Shown here: positions 18,844-27,987 of the stretch, one piece after another
Layout: each line of letters begins with the position of its first letter
Numbering within the stretch: the first letter of the stretch is position 1
Source: a virus
Taxonomy: Duplodnaviria; Caudoviricetes
Reading direction: 5' to 3' (one strand)
IMG/VR virus record: IMGVR_UViG_3300032330_002506
Coordinates: 1 to 33,035 of that record
DNA length: 33,035 nt
Position numbers and translations under genes: made by a program
The notes under the pieces: generated by a model
The model's database searches: none
What the model was told of the DNA's origin: nothing
The model's input: only the letters and a program-made list of their open reading frames with translations

Positions 18844-19305
18844 ATGATCAAATACCAATTAATTTGTAACAATGAACACCGTTTCGATGGGTGGTTTCCA
18901 AACATAACAGAATTTGAGAGACAGCAAGAGAAGAAATTATTAATATGTCCCATGTGTGATAGCAATCAAGTGGGCAGAGCTATCATGGCTCCTAGTATAG
19001 GCAAAACTAAAACTAAGAAAAAGAGTAAGAGTCAATTGGACAAAGAAGAATTCTACAGAGGACAATTCACAGATGACACCATGATACCAGCATCTAGAGC
19101 CAAAGATATATTACGTAAAATAAGAAAACAAATCGTAACAGATTTTGATAATGTGGGTGATCGGTTCGTAAAAGAATATAGGAAACACGAAAAAGGTGAG
19201 AGGGATGACCGATTTTATGGTACTCCCAGCAAAGAAGAAGTTAAAGAACTATTAGAAGAGGGCATAGACCTATTTCATTTGCCCAATGTAAAAGACGATG
19301 CTTAA
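18844..19305 (+). CDS. DUF1178 family zinc-ribbon protein
   Basis: MIKYQLIC...HRFDGWF, CPMC, AIMAP, VGDRF and ELLEEGI. Confidence 0.88.
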   Translation: MIKYQLICNNEHRFDGWFPNITEFERQQEKKLLICPMCDSNQVGRAIMAPSIGKTKTKKKSKSQLDKEEFYRGQFTDDTMIPASRAKDILRKIRKQIVTDFDNVGDRFVKEYRKHEKGERDDRFYGTPSKEEVKELLEEGIDLFHLPNVKDDA

Positions 19306-19957
19306 TCAACCTGTAGAAGTTCGAGTAAATGATTTCCTCACATGGGAATCAGCAAGAGTAGACGACTTCTTGCGAGATGTAGAATGTCCACCTCCACAGC
19401 CTTGTCGAAACTTCATGCCCAAGTGGTATAAGAACCTACGCGGAGACTTAACGAAGTATAGATCAGACGAATGGCGTAACAATAAAACCATAAGACATTG
19501 TCAAGGCATACAGGGATTAACTCGATTATCATTCACTATACCCATGCCATTTGACATGACCGAGCAAGAGAATGTTTTAAGTAGACGGATATTAGTAACT
19601 GAAATGGTGCATGGTACTGTGTGGGATGAGCGAGATGAGCAGGGCAACAATCTATGGAACATATTGGCAATATTTTGGCCATGGCGTGCTAGAGTCAGCA
19701 AAGGTTATAGAATACTAGTCACTGAACACGGATTGGATTGGAATCCAGATTATCACACATTCAGTGGTGCTACTCCTCCAAACCACAATCCTAATCCTGA
19801 GAAAAACGGATTTGGCAATATGTATAGTTGGGAGCAGAAGACGGATGCTGATCAATACAATTACTTTAATATTGAAACAATCACAGCACTTCGTTCAGGA
19901 AAGACATTAAAAAAAGATGATCTAGTGTTTTCTTTGTTGATTTTAAAAGACTTTTAG
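19298..19957 (+). CDS. Hypothetical protein
   Basis: 219-aa ORF overlapping the DUF1178 stop; PKWYK...TIRHCQG...PW pattern. Confidence 0.65.
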   Translation: MLNQPVEVRVNDFLTWESARVDDFLRDVECPPPQPCRNFMPKWYKNLRGDLTKYRSDEWRNNKTIRHCQGIQGLTRLSFTIPMPFDMTEQENVLSRRILVTEMVHGTVWDERDEQGNNLWNILAIFWPWRARVSKGYRILVTEHGLDWNPDYHTFSGATPPNHNPNPEKNGFGNMYSWEQKTDADQYNYFNIETITALRSGKTLKKDDLVFSLLILKDF

Positions 19958-19960
19958 CGG

Positions 19961-20023
19961 TTGACATATTTAGAATTTCGTGTAAAATATATTTTTATAT
20001 GTTATCGGAATGTTCTGATAGCA
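19961..20023 (+). promoter_or_regulatory. sigma70-type promoter and 5' hairpin
   Basis: TTGACA(19961)-N16-TAAAAT(19983); stem TGTTATCGGA...TCTGATAGCA at 20000-20023. Confidence 0.6.
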
Positions 20024-20051
20024 GTATTAACTAACGAGAAAGAGGACTACA

Positions 20052-20438
20052 ATGTTTTTTAACTTATTTGGTAAGTCTAAAAAATCTAGCTCTGCTTCTC
20101 ACACTACAAAGGAAGAGAAAAATATGTCAAGAACTAGCAACTTCGTAATCTATACGAGAGAGTTCAAAACTAGAGCAAAACAAATCGGTGTTTTCGCTGA
20201 ACCAGCATCTGCTTATATGGTTGATGGTGAAGTTCACGGTGGAAAAATCAAGTTCAAAAATTTGAACGTGAGAAACACTGCAAGAAAAACAGCTACTAAC
20301 AAGCTGATTTCTAAAGGCGTTGATTTTAACGTGAATGTTTTAGGAACTGCTCCTAAATCATCTGCTTTATCAATCAAAGCTAATGTAATTTCTTTATTAA
20401 GAAAATCAGGAAGAAAAGTAATTAACTTTTCTGCATAA
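20052..20438 (+). CDS. Basic protein, probably highly expressed, monocistronic
   Basis: GAGGA SD; second in-frame ATG (20124) preceded by AAGGAAGAG; Lys/Arg-rich; own promoter and terminator. Confidence 0.75.
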   Translation: MFFNLFGKSKKSSSASHTTKEEKNMSRTSNFVIYTREFKTRAKQIGVFAEPASAYMVDGEVHGGKIKFKNLNVRNTARKTATNKLISKGVDFNVNVLGTAPKSSALSIKANVISLLRKSGRKVINFSA

Positions 20439-20462
20439 TTAATCTCCGGATTAATTTACTAC

Positions 20463-20496
20463 AAAGAGGGCGGCCTAGTGTCGCCCTTTTTTGTTT
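20463..20496 (+). terminator. Intrinsic terminator
   Basis: GAGGGCGGC-CTAGT-GTCGCCCTT then TTTTGTTT. Confidence 0.85.
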
Positions 20497-20523
20497 CATA
20501 GTCTTGACAAGTTAAATAGACGG

Positions 20524-21495
20524 ATGAAACTGTTGTCACAATACCTTTCAGAAAATAACAACTATAAAATTTTAAAATTAGAAAACTATCTGCTTGGGTG
20601 GCATGATAAAGATAGTGTGGATAAACATATATCAATAGCAAGAGAGACTATTAAGAAACATAATATTATATTCTATACTTCTGAACACACTGGCATATTG
20701 TTATACCCAGAGCATCAATTTGCTGGATTTGAAAACATACTACAAGAAAATTATAATACAAAAAAATGGGCAATATCAACACCTGGAGCAAATAACTTTT
20801 TTGGAGATAGACATTTTTTAAATCAAGACAACACTGCAGATTTTTTTAGAGTTAATAAAAAATTATATATAAACCATACTGGTAAAACAAAAGACTTCTT
20901 GTTCCTTAATGGCAAGAGCACACCCGCTAGAGTTAAACTGGCTCGTGAAATGAAATATAATAAATTATTAGACAACAGTGTTTGGAGTTTTAACGATGCT
21001 GAATTTAAGAACATTATAGAAAATAGATATGAGTGGCCCGCATGGCAAGGCAAACATATAGATTTTTACTGTGCTGAAACTAGAATGGTTCATGCTCAGC
21101 AATACAGCGATACAATATGTTCTGTGATTGCAGAAACACTGAATGATAATGATATACATTACATCAGCGAGAAGACTTTTAAATCGTTGGCTGCTGGACA
21201 TCTATTTGTTGTATTATCAGGAGCGGGTTTCTTAAAGAATTTACAAAGTTATGGATTTAAAACATTCTCAGATTTTTATGATGAATCTTATGACAATGAA
21301 CTTATTTTAGAAAAAAGAATTGCTAAAATTATTTCTACATTAAAATATATTAAGAGTCGTGATTATAAAAAACTATATCAAGAAACAGAGAGTATTAGAA
21401 AACACAATCAGCAATTGATACTGGATACTGCAAAAATTGATTCTTTCCATAAACAGCAATATGATAACATTACGAATTACTTTTTAGTACCATAA
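20524..21495 (+). CDS. Putative glycosyltransferase (GT10-like), paralog 3
   Basis: VIAET...ISEKTFKS...GFKTFSDFYDESYD; TAAATA-N5-ATG 20524. Confidence 0.55.
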   Translation: MKLLSQYLSENNNYKILKLENYLLGWHDKDSVDKHISIARETIKKHNIIFYTSEHTGILLYPEHQFAGFENILQENYNTKKWAISTPGANNFFGDRHFLNQDNTADFFRVNKKLYINHTGKTKDFLFLNGKSTPARVKLAREMKYNKLLDNSVWSFNDAEFKNIIENRYEWPAWQGKHIDFYCAETRMVHAQQYSDTICSVIAETLNDNDIHYISEKTFKSLAAGHLFVVLSGAGFLKNLQSYGFKTFSDFYDESYDNELILEKRIAKIISTLKYIKSRDYKKLYQETESIRKHNQQLILDTAKIDSFHKQQYDNITNYFLVP

Positions 21496-22691
21496 TATAT
21501 TATTTTGTATCTGTCATCTTTGAAACAACGCCATGGATCTATTACTGTAGCACCTTCTTTTAAATCAAAGTATAACTTCTGTTCGTACTTCTTGCCTGTG
21601 TGGCTGTATGTGGTTTGAGGATCGTGTGTCATCACGCACACACAGTCCTGTTCTCCCACTAAAATATTTCCCGTTTCTGAATCTGCATAGCTAACATCGA
21701 TTCCCATTTCTTTTAGATATCCGCCCAATAGCACACTGGGAGATCCTATAGTGTATGGCACTGAGGGTTTATAAGCTCTGCCATTTATCACACAAGGTTT
21801 ATTCTCTTTGCGACACACATCAGCAATGAATTCTGCCATGTTGCGAGTTTGCTGTTCTCGACTGTGAGATATTGCGGCAAAAAGATCATATCCTAAATTT
21901 AATTCTTTTGCCAGCCAGCTGAGTGCTATATTGTCTCGAGGATGGCAAGCACCTCCATCCCCCATACCTGCTTTATAATATCCTTTGCCTGTGATTCTTA
22001 CTGAAGCTTGTTTAAATGCATCTGTAATCTTGTCCACATTCATGTGTCCAATTTTTTGTGCTACATCTTGTATCATGTTAACCAACGATAGTCGAGCTGA
22101 TATCATTGTGTTGTAGAATATTTTAAAACCTTCTGCTTCTTCCCAAGTACCTGTCATTTGTTGAGCATCATTGAGTATTAACTTTTTATAAAACTTAGAC
22201 AGTGTTTGGCTCGCTATTGTGTCCTCTCCGTGTTCTGTTCCAATGATTACCATGTCTGGGTGTACCATATCGTAGGCTTCAGATCCCATGGCAATTAGAT
22301 AAGGATTATAAACAAATTGAAAATTTCGAGTGTATCGAGCAAATTCTCTGCGTGTGGTGCCTGGTAACACTGTGCTGATTAAAGACACTATCTGATTCTT
22401 ACGAGCATATCGTTGACATTGTTTTAACACATCTATCACCAGTGAATAATCAAAATCTTTCACTGGTAAGTGTGTGGTAGGTTTGGATCCATCATAGTCT
22501 GGGTGATGAGGAGTAGGCACTGCTATGAATATTATCTCAGTTCCTTCAAATACTTTTTTAATATCCTGTGTTATCTTCACGTGTGGGCTTACTCTATGTT
22601 CTACGTCATATCCTATCACTTCGTGCTGTCGTGTTATCTCTTCAGCACAGGGCATTCCTAGTTTACCAAGACCTATAAATCCTATTCGCAT
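21477..22691 (-). CDS. ugd: UDP-glucose/GDP-mannose dehydrogenase family protein
   Basis: IGLGKLG Rossmann motif, IAVPTP, STVLPGTT, KIFYN, GGACHPRD (catalytic Cys) and AYKP; start refined to MRIGFIG. Confidence 0.9.
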   Translation of the reverse strand: MRIGFIGLGKLGMPCAEEITRQHEVIGYDVEHRVSPHVKITQDIKKVFEGTEIIFIAVPTPHHPDYDGSKPTTHLPVKDFDYSLVIDVLKQCQRYARKNQIVSLISTVLPGTTRREFARYTRNFQFVYNPYLIAMGSEAYDMVHPDMVIIGTEHGEDTIASQTLSKFYKKLILNDAQQMTGTWEEAEGFKIFYNTMISARLSLVNMIQDVAQKIGHMNVDKITDAFKQASVRITGKGYYKAGMGDGGACHPRDNIALSWLAKELNLGYDLFAAISHSREQQTRNMAEFIADVCRKENKPCVINGRAYKPSVPYTIGSPSVLLGGYLKEMGIDVSYADSETGNILVGEQDCVCVMTHDPQTTYSHTGKKYEQKLYFDLKEGATVIDPWRCFKDDRYKIIYYGTKK

Positions 22692-22713
22692 ATTATATTG
22701 ATAATTATCATAT

Positions 22714-23703
22714 ATGAGCAACGGCCAATTAAAAAGCACATGGAGAGACACAAGTGTATATTCTTGTGCTCATTATTCTTTAAAAACATTATCATCATTA
22801 GAAGATACTGGTAATCAAGTCATTAAAGATGTTCCTATTATGAATCTAAATCTGTCTAAAAATAAACATATCATATTGAATTTCTTAGGAGAAGGGCACG
22901 GTCCAGATGATATTAAAAATTTAATAAAATATTTTAATCAAAGTCTTCCTATGAGTAATATAAAAGTTTTATTCAATTCTGTAATCAATTCTCCACAAGA
23001 TTACAGATATAGATCTTTTCCAGAAAATATGGTTAATCATTATGGATTTTTTAATCATATAGATGCTGTAGACCTTAACTCTTATTCTATTAAACTTAAC
23101 TGTAAATTTTTATCCTTGAATAGAAGATCCAGTAATATAAGAACCAAATTAATAGAAAGATTAAAAGAAAAAATATCTATAGATAGTTTTAGATATAGTT
23201 TAAATTCTAATTCTTCTACTTTAGAATCTAATAAAGTATTGCTAGATGGATTAATTGATAATAACAATCAACATCTTAATAATGATAATATTTTTAGATC
23301 TTGTTTGTTTAATATTATAAATGAATCCAGTGATCAATCTACAAAACTATTGTACAGATCTATATTCATTACTGAAAAAACCTTTAAAGCATTTGCATTA
23401 AGACAAATACCTGTATGGATGGCTGTGCCTGGATTGGTTGCAGAAGTTAAAAAACTAGGGTTTGATCTATTTGATGATATCTGTAAAAATCATTATTATG
23501 ATAACACACAAGATGAAAATGTTCGTTGTGAGCAAGTAGCGGAATTATGCGGAGAATTAGATAGACAATTTTCTATTGCTCAGTGTCAAGAGTTACGTAA
23601 AAATATATGGAATAGATTAGAATCAAACTATAATCTATTAAAAAAATATATTATGAATAATCAACAAACAATTAATAATCATTTTAAATTTTTACAGAGT
23701 TAA
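22714..23703 (+). CDS. Putative glycosyltransferase (GT10-like), paralog 4
   Basis: FLSLNRR, FNIINES...FITEKTFKA...GFDLFDD. Confidence 0.55.
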   Translation: MSNGQLKSTWRDTSVYSCAHYSLKTLSSLEDTGNQVIKDVPIMNLNLSKNKHIILNFLGEGHGPDDIKNLIKYFNQSLPMSNIKVLFNSVINSPQDYRYRSFPENMVNHYGFFNHIDAVDLNSYSIKLNCKFLSLNRRSSNIRTKLIERLKEKISIDSFRYSLNSNSSTLESNKVLLDGLIDNNNQHLNNDNIFRSCLFNIINESSDQSTKLLYRSIFITEKTFKAFALRQIPVWMAVPGLVAEVKKLGFDLFDDICKNHYYDNTQDENVRCEQVAELCGELDRQFSIAQCQELRKNIWNRLESNYNLLKKYIMNNQQTINNHFKFLQS

Positions 23704-23704
23704 T

Positions 23705-24712
23705 TTATTCTCGTTCTAAATCACAGGTTATACAATGATGTCCACCGCCCAGTGTACGACTGTGTCTTAGCTCTGATTCTAATACTCGGAATCCTGCTTC
23801 TTTTAATTGTTTTTTTAAAAATGTTTGTGCTGGATCGATTATAACTGTTTCTGGGTCTATAGAAAGTATATTCATTCCTATCCATTTACTGGCATAAGGA
23901 AACTTGTGAAACTTTCTTTCTGTGCATTTTGAAAACCAGATCTTTTTGTGTGATCTTAAAAACTTAGGTAGAGTGTCTTCTTTGACTCGCTCAGCATTGA
24001 CCAATATAGTATCTGCATTTAGAGATGTTAGAGTGGAATCTATGTGAGCAAAAGCATAAACACCTTCCCATTTGATCACTTCAAACTCTGTGCCCACTAT
24101 TTTTTGTAACCATTCTGCGCCTGCATGATTGGCTGTGCCTGACACTAGATACAATAGTTTATCATTAAACTTTAACACATTGGCAGCATCAAAGATTGGA
24201 TATCTTTCTGTGAGATTCATTCTACTATCTTTTACCACACATTCAGCTGTCTCCATCACAGCTCGTGGTGCGGCTATCCAACGACAGCCATCTTTTATGG
24301 CTTCATTTTTGATCACATGGTAAGCTCGTGTTTCGTTCTGTCGACTAATGAAAGGAGTAGGACATTCAATAATCATATTGCCCACGGACAGTAGAAGGTC
24401 TCGGGCACTGTAACTGTGCATACCTGTGGTCACATGATCCAGTGATGCTGTGGTTCTTCTCCAATCCATTATTTCGGGTCTATAAACTGATACTCCATTT
24501 TCTTTTAATAGGTCTATGAATGCGAACAGGTCTTCGCGAGTTTCTTCAATCACTTTATCTGCTACTGCTCCTCTTTTAAGAGTATCTGGGTAGGTACTCA
24601 GTGACATCATTCTATCAAAGAATATATCTCCTTTGGGCCAATTAGCATTGTCTGCTCGACCCACTATCACTGATTTTAGACGACCATACTCGTTTTTGGT
24701 AAAGACTTTCAT
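23705..24712 (-). CDS. Amidinotransferase (glycine/inosamine-phosphate amidinotransferase family)
   Basis: NEYGRLKSVIVGRA, ARD, FDAAN (Asp), HIDST (His) and GGGHHCIT (Cys): complete triad. Confidence 0.9.
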   Translation of the reverse strand: MKVFTKNEYGRLKSVIVGRADNANWPKGDIFFDRMMSLSTYPDTLKRGAVADKVIEETREDLFAFIDLLKENGVSVYRPEIMDWRRTTASLDHVTTGMHSYSARDLLLSVGNMIIECPTPFISRQNETRAYHVIKNEAIKDGCRWIAAPRAVMETAECVVKDSRMNLTERYPIFDAANVLKFNDKLLYLVSGTANHAGAEWLQKIVGTEFEVIKWEGVYAFAHIDSTLTSLNADTILVNAERVKEDTLPKFLRSHKKIWFSKCTERKFHKFPYASKWIGMNILSIDPETVIIDPAQTFLKKQLKEAGFRVLESELRHSRTLGGGHHCITCDLERE

Positions 24713-24756
24713 TGTTTTTATTTAAACCTTTGATTTTTGTTTGTTAAATAATTTCC

Positions 24757-25764
24757 ATGCAATTCTCAGTCAAAGTAGTGGAGGGCTCGGTGGTTAACAC
24801 AACAGATCTGCTGTCTTATCTACTAACCAACAGAGAACAGTCCACTATCCATCTACAATTAGAGGATGCTCCTGCTCTAGAGTGTGTTAGAGTAGACAAT
24901 ATTGGTTTTTTAAATTTTTTAGAGAAGTTTTGCACAGAGCAATCATTGAAGAAAGAATCTATATCACTCATGACCGAAAACATGATACAGGATAAGAGTG
25001 TGTGGCCAAATATAAAAATTGTTCCAGGAGTTTATCCTTTTGAATATGGTACAAAAATAAGTTATAAAGGAATTAAAAATATAAAGAGCAAATTTGGTAT
25101 ATTCGTTGGCAGAGCCACGTGGCATCGACTCTACCTATCTGCTCTATTGTTTAATAGATACAGAGATGATTCATTAATAAGTTTTTGGCAACATCTTAAA
25201 GACCCCAAACAACCGGCCAATCTACACATTGATGAGTTATTATCTAACATGGCTAGATTCTGTAAGAGAGAGTTATTAGAACAAATAACAAATTTTGTAA
25301 ATCATTTACCCATGCATCTCAGTGAAGAAGATAGATTAAACAATAACAACACAGGTTGGATCAATTATGATCGTGCTTATGATTTTATCGATCGCTATGA
25401 TGAAATATTTCTTGATATAGTATGCGAAACCATGCATCAAGGACGAACATTTTATCTCACTGAGAAGATGGCAAGACCATTACTAACAGGCACACCATTT
25501 GTTGTGTTTGGTCCACGAAACTATCTGCAGAATTTAAGAAGACTAGGATTTAAAACTTTTAATGATATTTGGGATGAAGACTATGATAATCACGAAGGAG
25601 CGGATAGACTACATCACATGGAAAAATTATTAGATACAATATCCCAATTCTCTTTAACGGAGATGAATGCTATATTAAAAAATATACAAGATACATTAGA
25701 ACACAATAAAAGAGTATATGCTGATATAACTCTTTTAAAAATAAACAGGACATATCTAAAATGA
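24757..25764 (+). CDS. Putative glycosyltransferase (GT10-like), paralog 5
   Basis: DIVCET...LTEKMARP...GFKTFNDIWDEDYD. Confidence 0.55.
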   Translation: MQFSVKVVEGSVVNTTDLLSYLLTNREQSTIHLQLEDAPALECVRVDNIGFLNFLEKFCTEQSLKKESISLMTENMIQDKSVWPNIKIVPGVYPFEYGTKISYKGIKNIKSKFGIFVGRATWHRLYLSALLFNRYRDDSLISFWQHLKDPKQPANLHIDELLSNMARFCKRELLEQITNFVNHLPMHLSEEDRLNNNNTGWINYDRAYDFIDRYDEIFLDIVCETMHQGRTFYLTEKMARPLLTGTPFVVFGPRNYLQNLRRLGFKTFNDIWDEDYDNHEGADRLHHMEKLLDTISQFSLTEMNAILKNIQDTLEHNKRVYADITLLKINRTYLK

Positions 25765-26882
25765 GTTATAAACATCATATCATACGAGTACAACATCTAG
25801 TACCAGACTCTCGCAAAGGGTTTCCTGACCAAGAACTCAATGATAGAGTGAGATTGTTGTTCGAGAATCCAAACAACTTCATATGGCTGGAGCATACCAA
25901 TGACGTCAGTGGTCATGCTGTGGATGCTTGGATTGATTGGTGTGGTGTTAGAAATTATAAAAATATCGGTTTATTTTTAAATTTAGGTGTGAAGCGACCA
26001 CCAGATTCTAAATGGGAGAGATTTCCTATAGTGTTTTGTGATAATAATATACAGAGTCAAGCATTCTATCACAAAGTCAATGAGCAAAAATATAACACAG
26101 AAATAACTGCTCAAAACAAAAAGATTTTATTCTTAACAGGAAAACCTCTTAGCACCAATAGACTGCCTGTATTGGATCTTTTAGATAAGAGCGAATTAAA
26201 ATTTACGGCTAGTCTGTTCTGGAACAACAATATGGACATGAAACATGCCACAGGAGTGTGTGATTTATCAGAGAATAGAATATCAGAATTAGTGAATAAA
26301 TATCAAGGCACCCCAGACAATGCTCAAGTCACTAACAAAGAGAGCAACATAGGAGCATTCCACATGGCAGGTGTGCCTTATGATCATTTAATTTATCAAA
26401 CACACCAACTCAGTTTAATTCCAGAGACCAAAGTAAAATGGGATTGGGAGTATAACTTTTGCACAGAGAAAACTTTTAGAACAATTTTTAATCATCATCC
26501 ATTTATTATATTGAGTCAACCCGGTACACTGAAACATTTGAAAGATAGAGGATATGATTGCTTTCAAGAGTTTTTACCTTATCCAGAGTATGATCAACTA
26601 GATATCAGTACTCCACGAAAATTAAGAGAGAACTGGCCACACATACAAAAGAATTGCCAAGCACTGTTAGACAGTGATCCTGTGCTTGTGTTTAAGAAAT
26701 GTCAATCCAACTATCAAACTCTAGTGCAAGAGAATGAGCAGATGTTAGAGTCTGCACATAGAGCCACAGAACATCAAATAGATTATGGTGCTTATTCCTA
26801 TGATGCTTTCTATTGGGGAGTGCAACCAAACAACTGGGTTTGGCCCAGCTGGAACACTGAGAGAAGAAAATTTAAAAAATAA
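25761..26882 (+). CDS. Putative glycosyltransferase (GT10-like), paralog 6
   Basis: LFLTGK, LIPET...CTEKTFRT...HPFIILS...GYDCF; ATGA overlap with paralog 5. Confidence 0.55.
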   Translation: MSYKHHIIRVQHLVPDSRKGFPDQELNDRVRLLFENPNNFIWLEHTNDVSGHAVDAWIDWCGVRNYKNIGLFLNLGVKRPPDSKWERFPIVFCDNNIQSQAFYHKVNEQKYNTEITAQNKKILFLTGKPLSTNRLPVLDLLDKSELKFTASLFWNNNMDMKHATGVCDLSENRISELVNKYQGTPDNAQVTNKESNIGAFHMAGVPYDHLIYQTHQLSLIPETKVKWDWEYNFCTEKTFRTIFNHHPFIILSQPGTLKHLKDRGYDCFQEFLPYPEYDQLDISTPRKLRENWPHIQKNCQALLDSDPVLVFKKCQSNYQTLVQENEQMLESAHRATEHQIDYGAYSYDAFYWGVQPNNWVWPSWNTERRKFKK

Positions 26883-27365
26883 TTAATCAATTGTGCCTGT
26901 GATCTGCACAGTGTATCTCGGTTCATCGCCTAGGTTGCCACCCAGGTGAGGAGTATCATTGCTCCACATAACATAGTCCATGGCTCGCCAGTGTGTGAAA
27001 CTTTGATTATCTGCTTCAAAGTAATGTCCAGATTTCCAATCTTCTAGGAATACCAACATTCTAACTATCTTGGATCGATCCTCTATTTTGTAATACTTCA
27101 TATAGTTGATAAAATGATCCACATGCTTCGGTACCACACAGCCAGGATTCAATCTGTAGAAGCACCAGGCCATGTTGTTCCATCCTTGTGTGTTTAGGTA
27201 ATCAAAATTGTAAGTGCCATTGTTGTCCATGTCTGCAAACATTTCTCCCAGCACTGCTGGATTTTTCATGTTGTCAATAACCGCGTCGGGTTTACGACGA
27301 TATGGTAGATTATGAAAATCCACACCAACTTCAATACCAAGGTTTCCTGTCTGTAATACTGGCAT
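26883..27365 (-). CDS. 2OG-Fe(II) oxygenase-like/cupin protein
   Basis: PKHVD (HxD), PHLGGN (distal His) and RYTVQITG; start 27365 or GTG 27377. Confidence 0.7.
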   Translation of the reverse strand: MPVLQTGNLGIEVGVDFHNLPYRRKPDAVIDNMKNPAVLGEMFADMDNNGTYNFDYLNTQGWNNMAWCFYRLNPGCVVPKHVDHFINYMKYYKIEDRSKIVRMLVFLEDWKSGHYFEADNQSFTHWRAMDYVMWSNDTPHLGGNLGDEPRYTVQITGTID

Positions 27366-27390
27366 AATTAAATACACAGTTAATTATCCA

Positions 27391-27987
27391 ATGACAAAAA
27401 ATTACGATACAATTACCAAATTTGAACAAGCGTTAGCTGAATTCACAGGAGCACCTTATGTGGTAGCCACCGATTGCTGTACTCATGCTATTGAATTATG
27501 CTTTAGATTACTGGACATAAAGGCTTGCTCTCTGCCTGCTCATACCTATCTATCTGTGCCTCAAACTCTAAGATTGTTGGGTGTGAATTATGATTTGAAT
27601 TTCTATATGTGGCTGGGAGAATATCGTTTTAAAGAAACACCAGTGTGGGATAGTGCTCGTATGCTGAGGCCAGGCATGTATCATACAGGACAATACCAAT
27701 GCCTAAGTTTTGGTCCAGGCAAACCATTAGACAATACTCGTGGTGGTGCTGTATTATTAGACAATGAGGAACATTATAAAAGATTAAAAAGAATGAGCAA
27801 CGATGGCAGAGACTTGTCCTTCGCTAGATGGGAAGAACAAGAGACGTTTGAACAGGGATATCATTACATGATGAGGATTGAAGAAGCAGAATCGGCTCTG
27901 ATAAAATTACAAGAGTATCAAGAAAGAGGACAATTTGCTCCAGAATATAAACCTTACCCAGATTGTCGAGAGTTAAAATTCCTATGA
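27391..27987 (+). CDS. Short DegT/DnrJ/EryC1/StrS-like PLP aminotransferase
   Basis: FEQALAEFTGAPYVVATDCCTHA, PAHTY, WDSA and LSFGPGKPL...GGAVL; only 198 aa. Confidence 0.8.
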   Translation: MTKNYDTITKFEQALAEFTGAPYVVATDCCTHAIELCFRLLDIKACSLPAHTYLSVPQTLRLLGVNYDLNFYMWLGEYRFKETPVWDSARMLRPGMYHTGQYQCLSFGPGKPLDNTRGGAVLLDNEEHYKRLKRMSNDGRDLSFARWEEQETFEQGYHYMMRIEEAESALIKLQEYQERGQFAPEYKPYPDCRELKFL

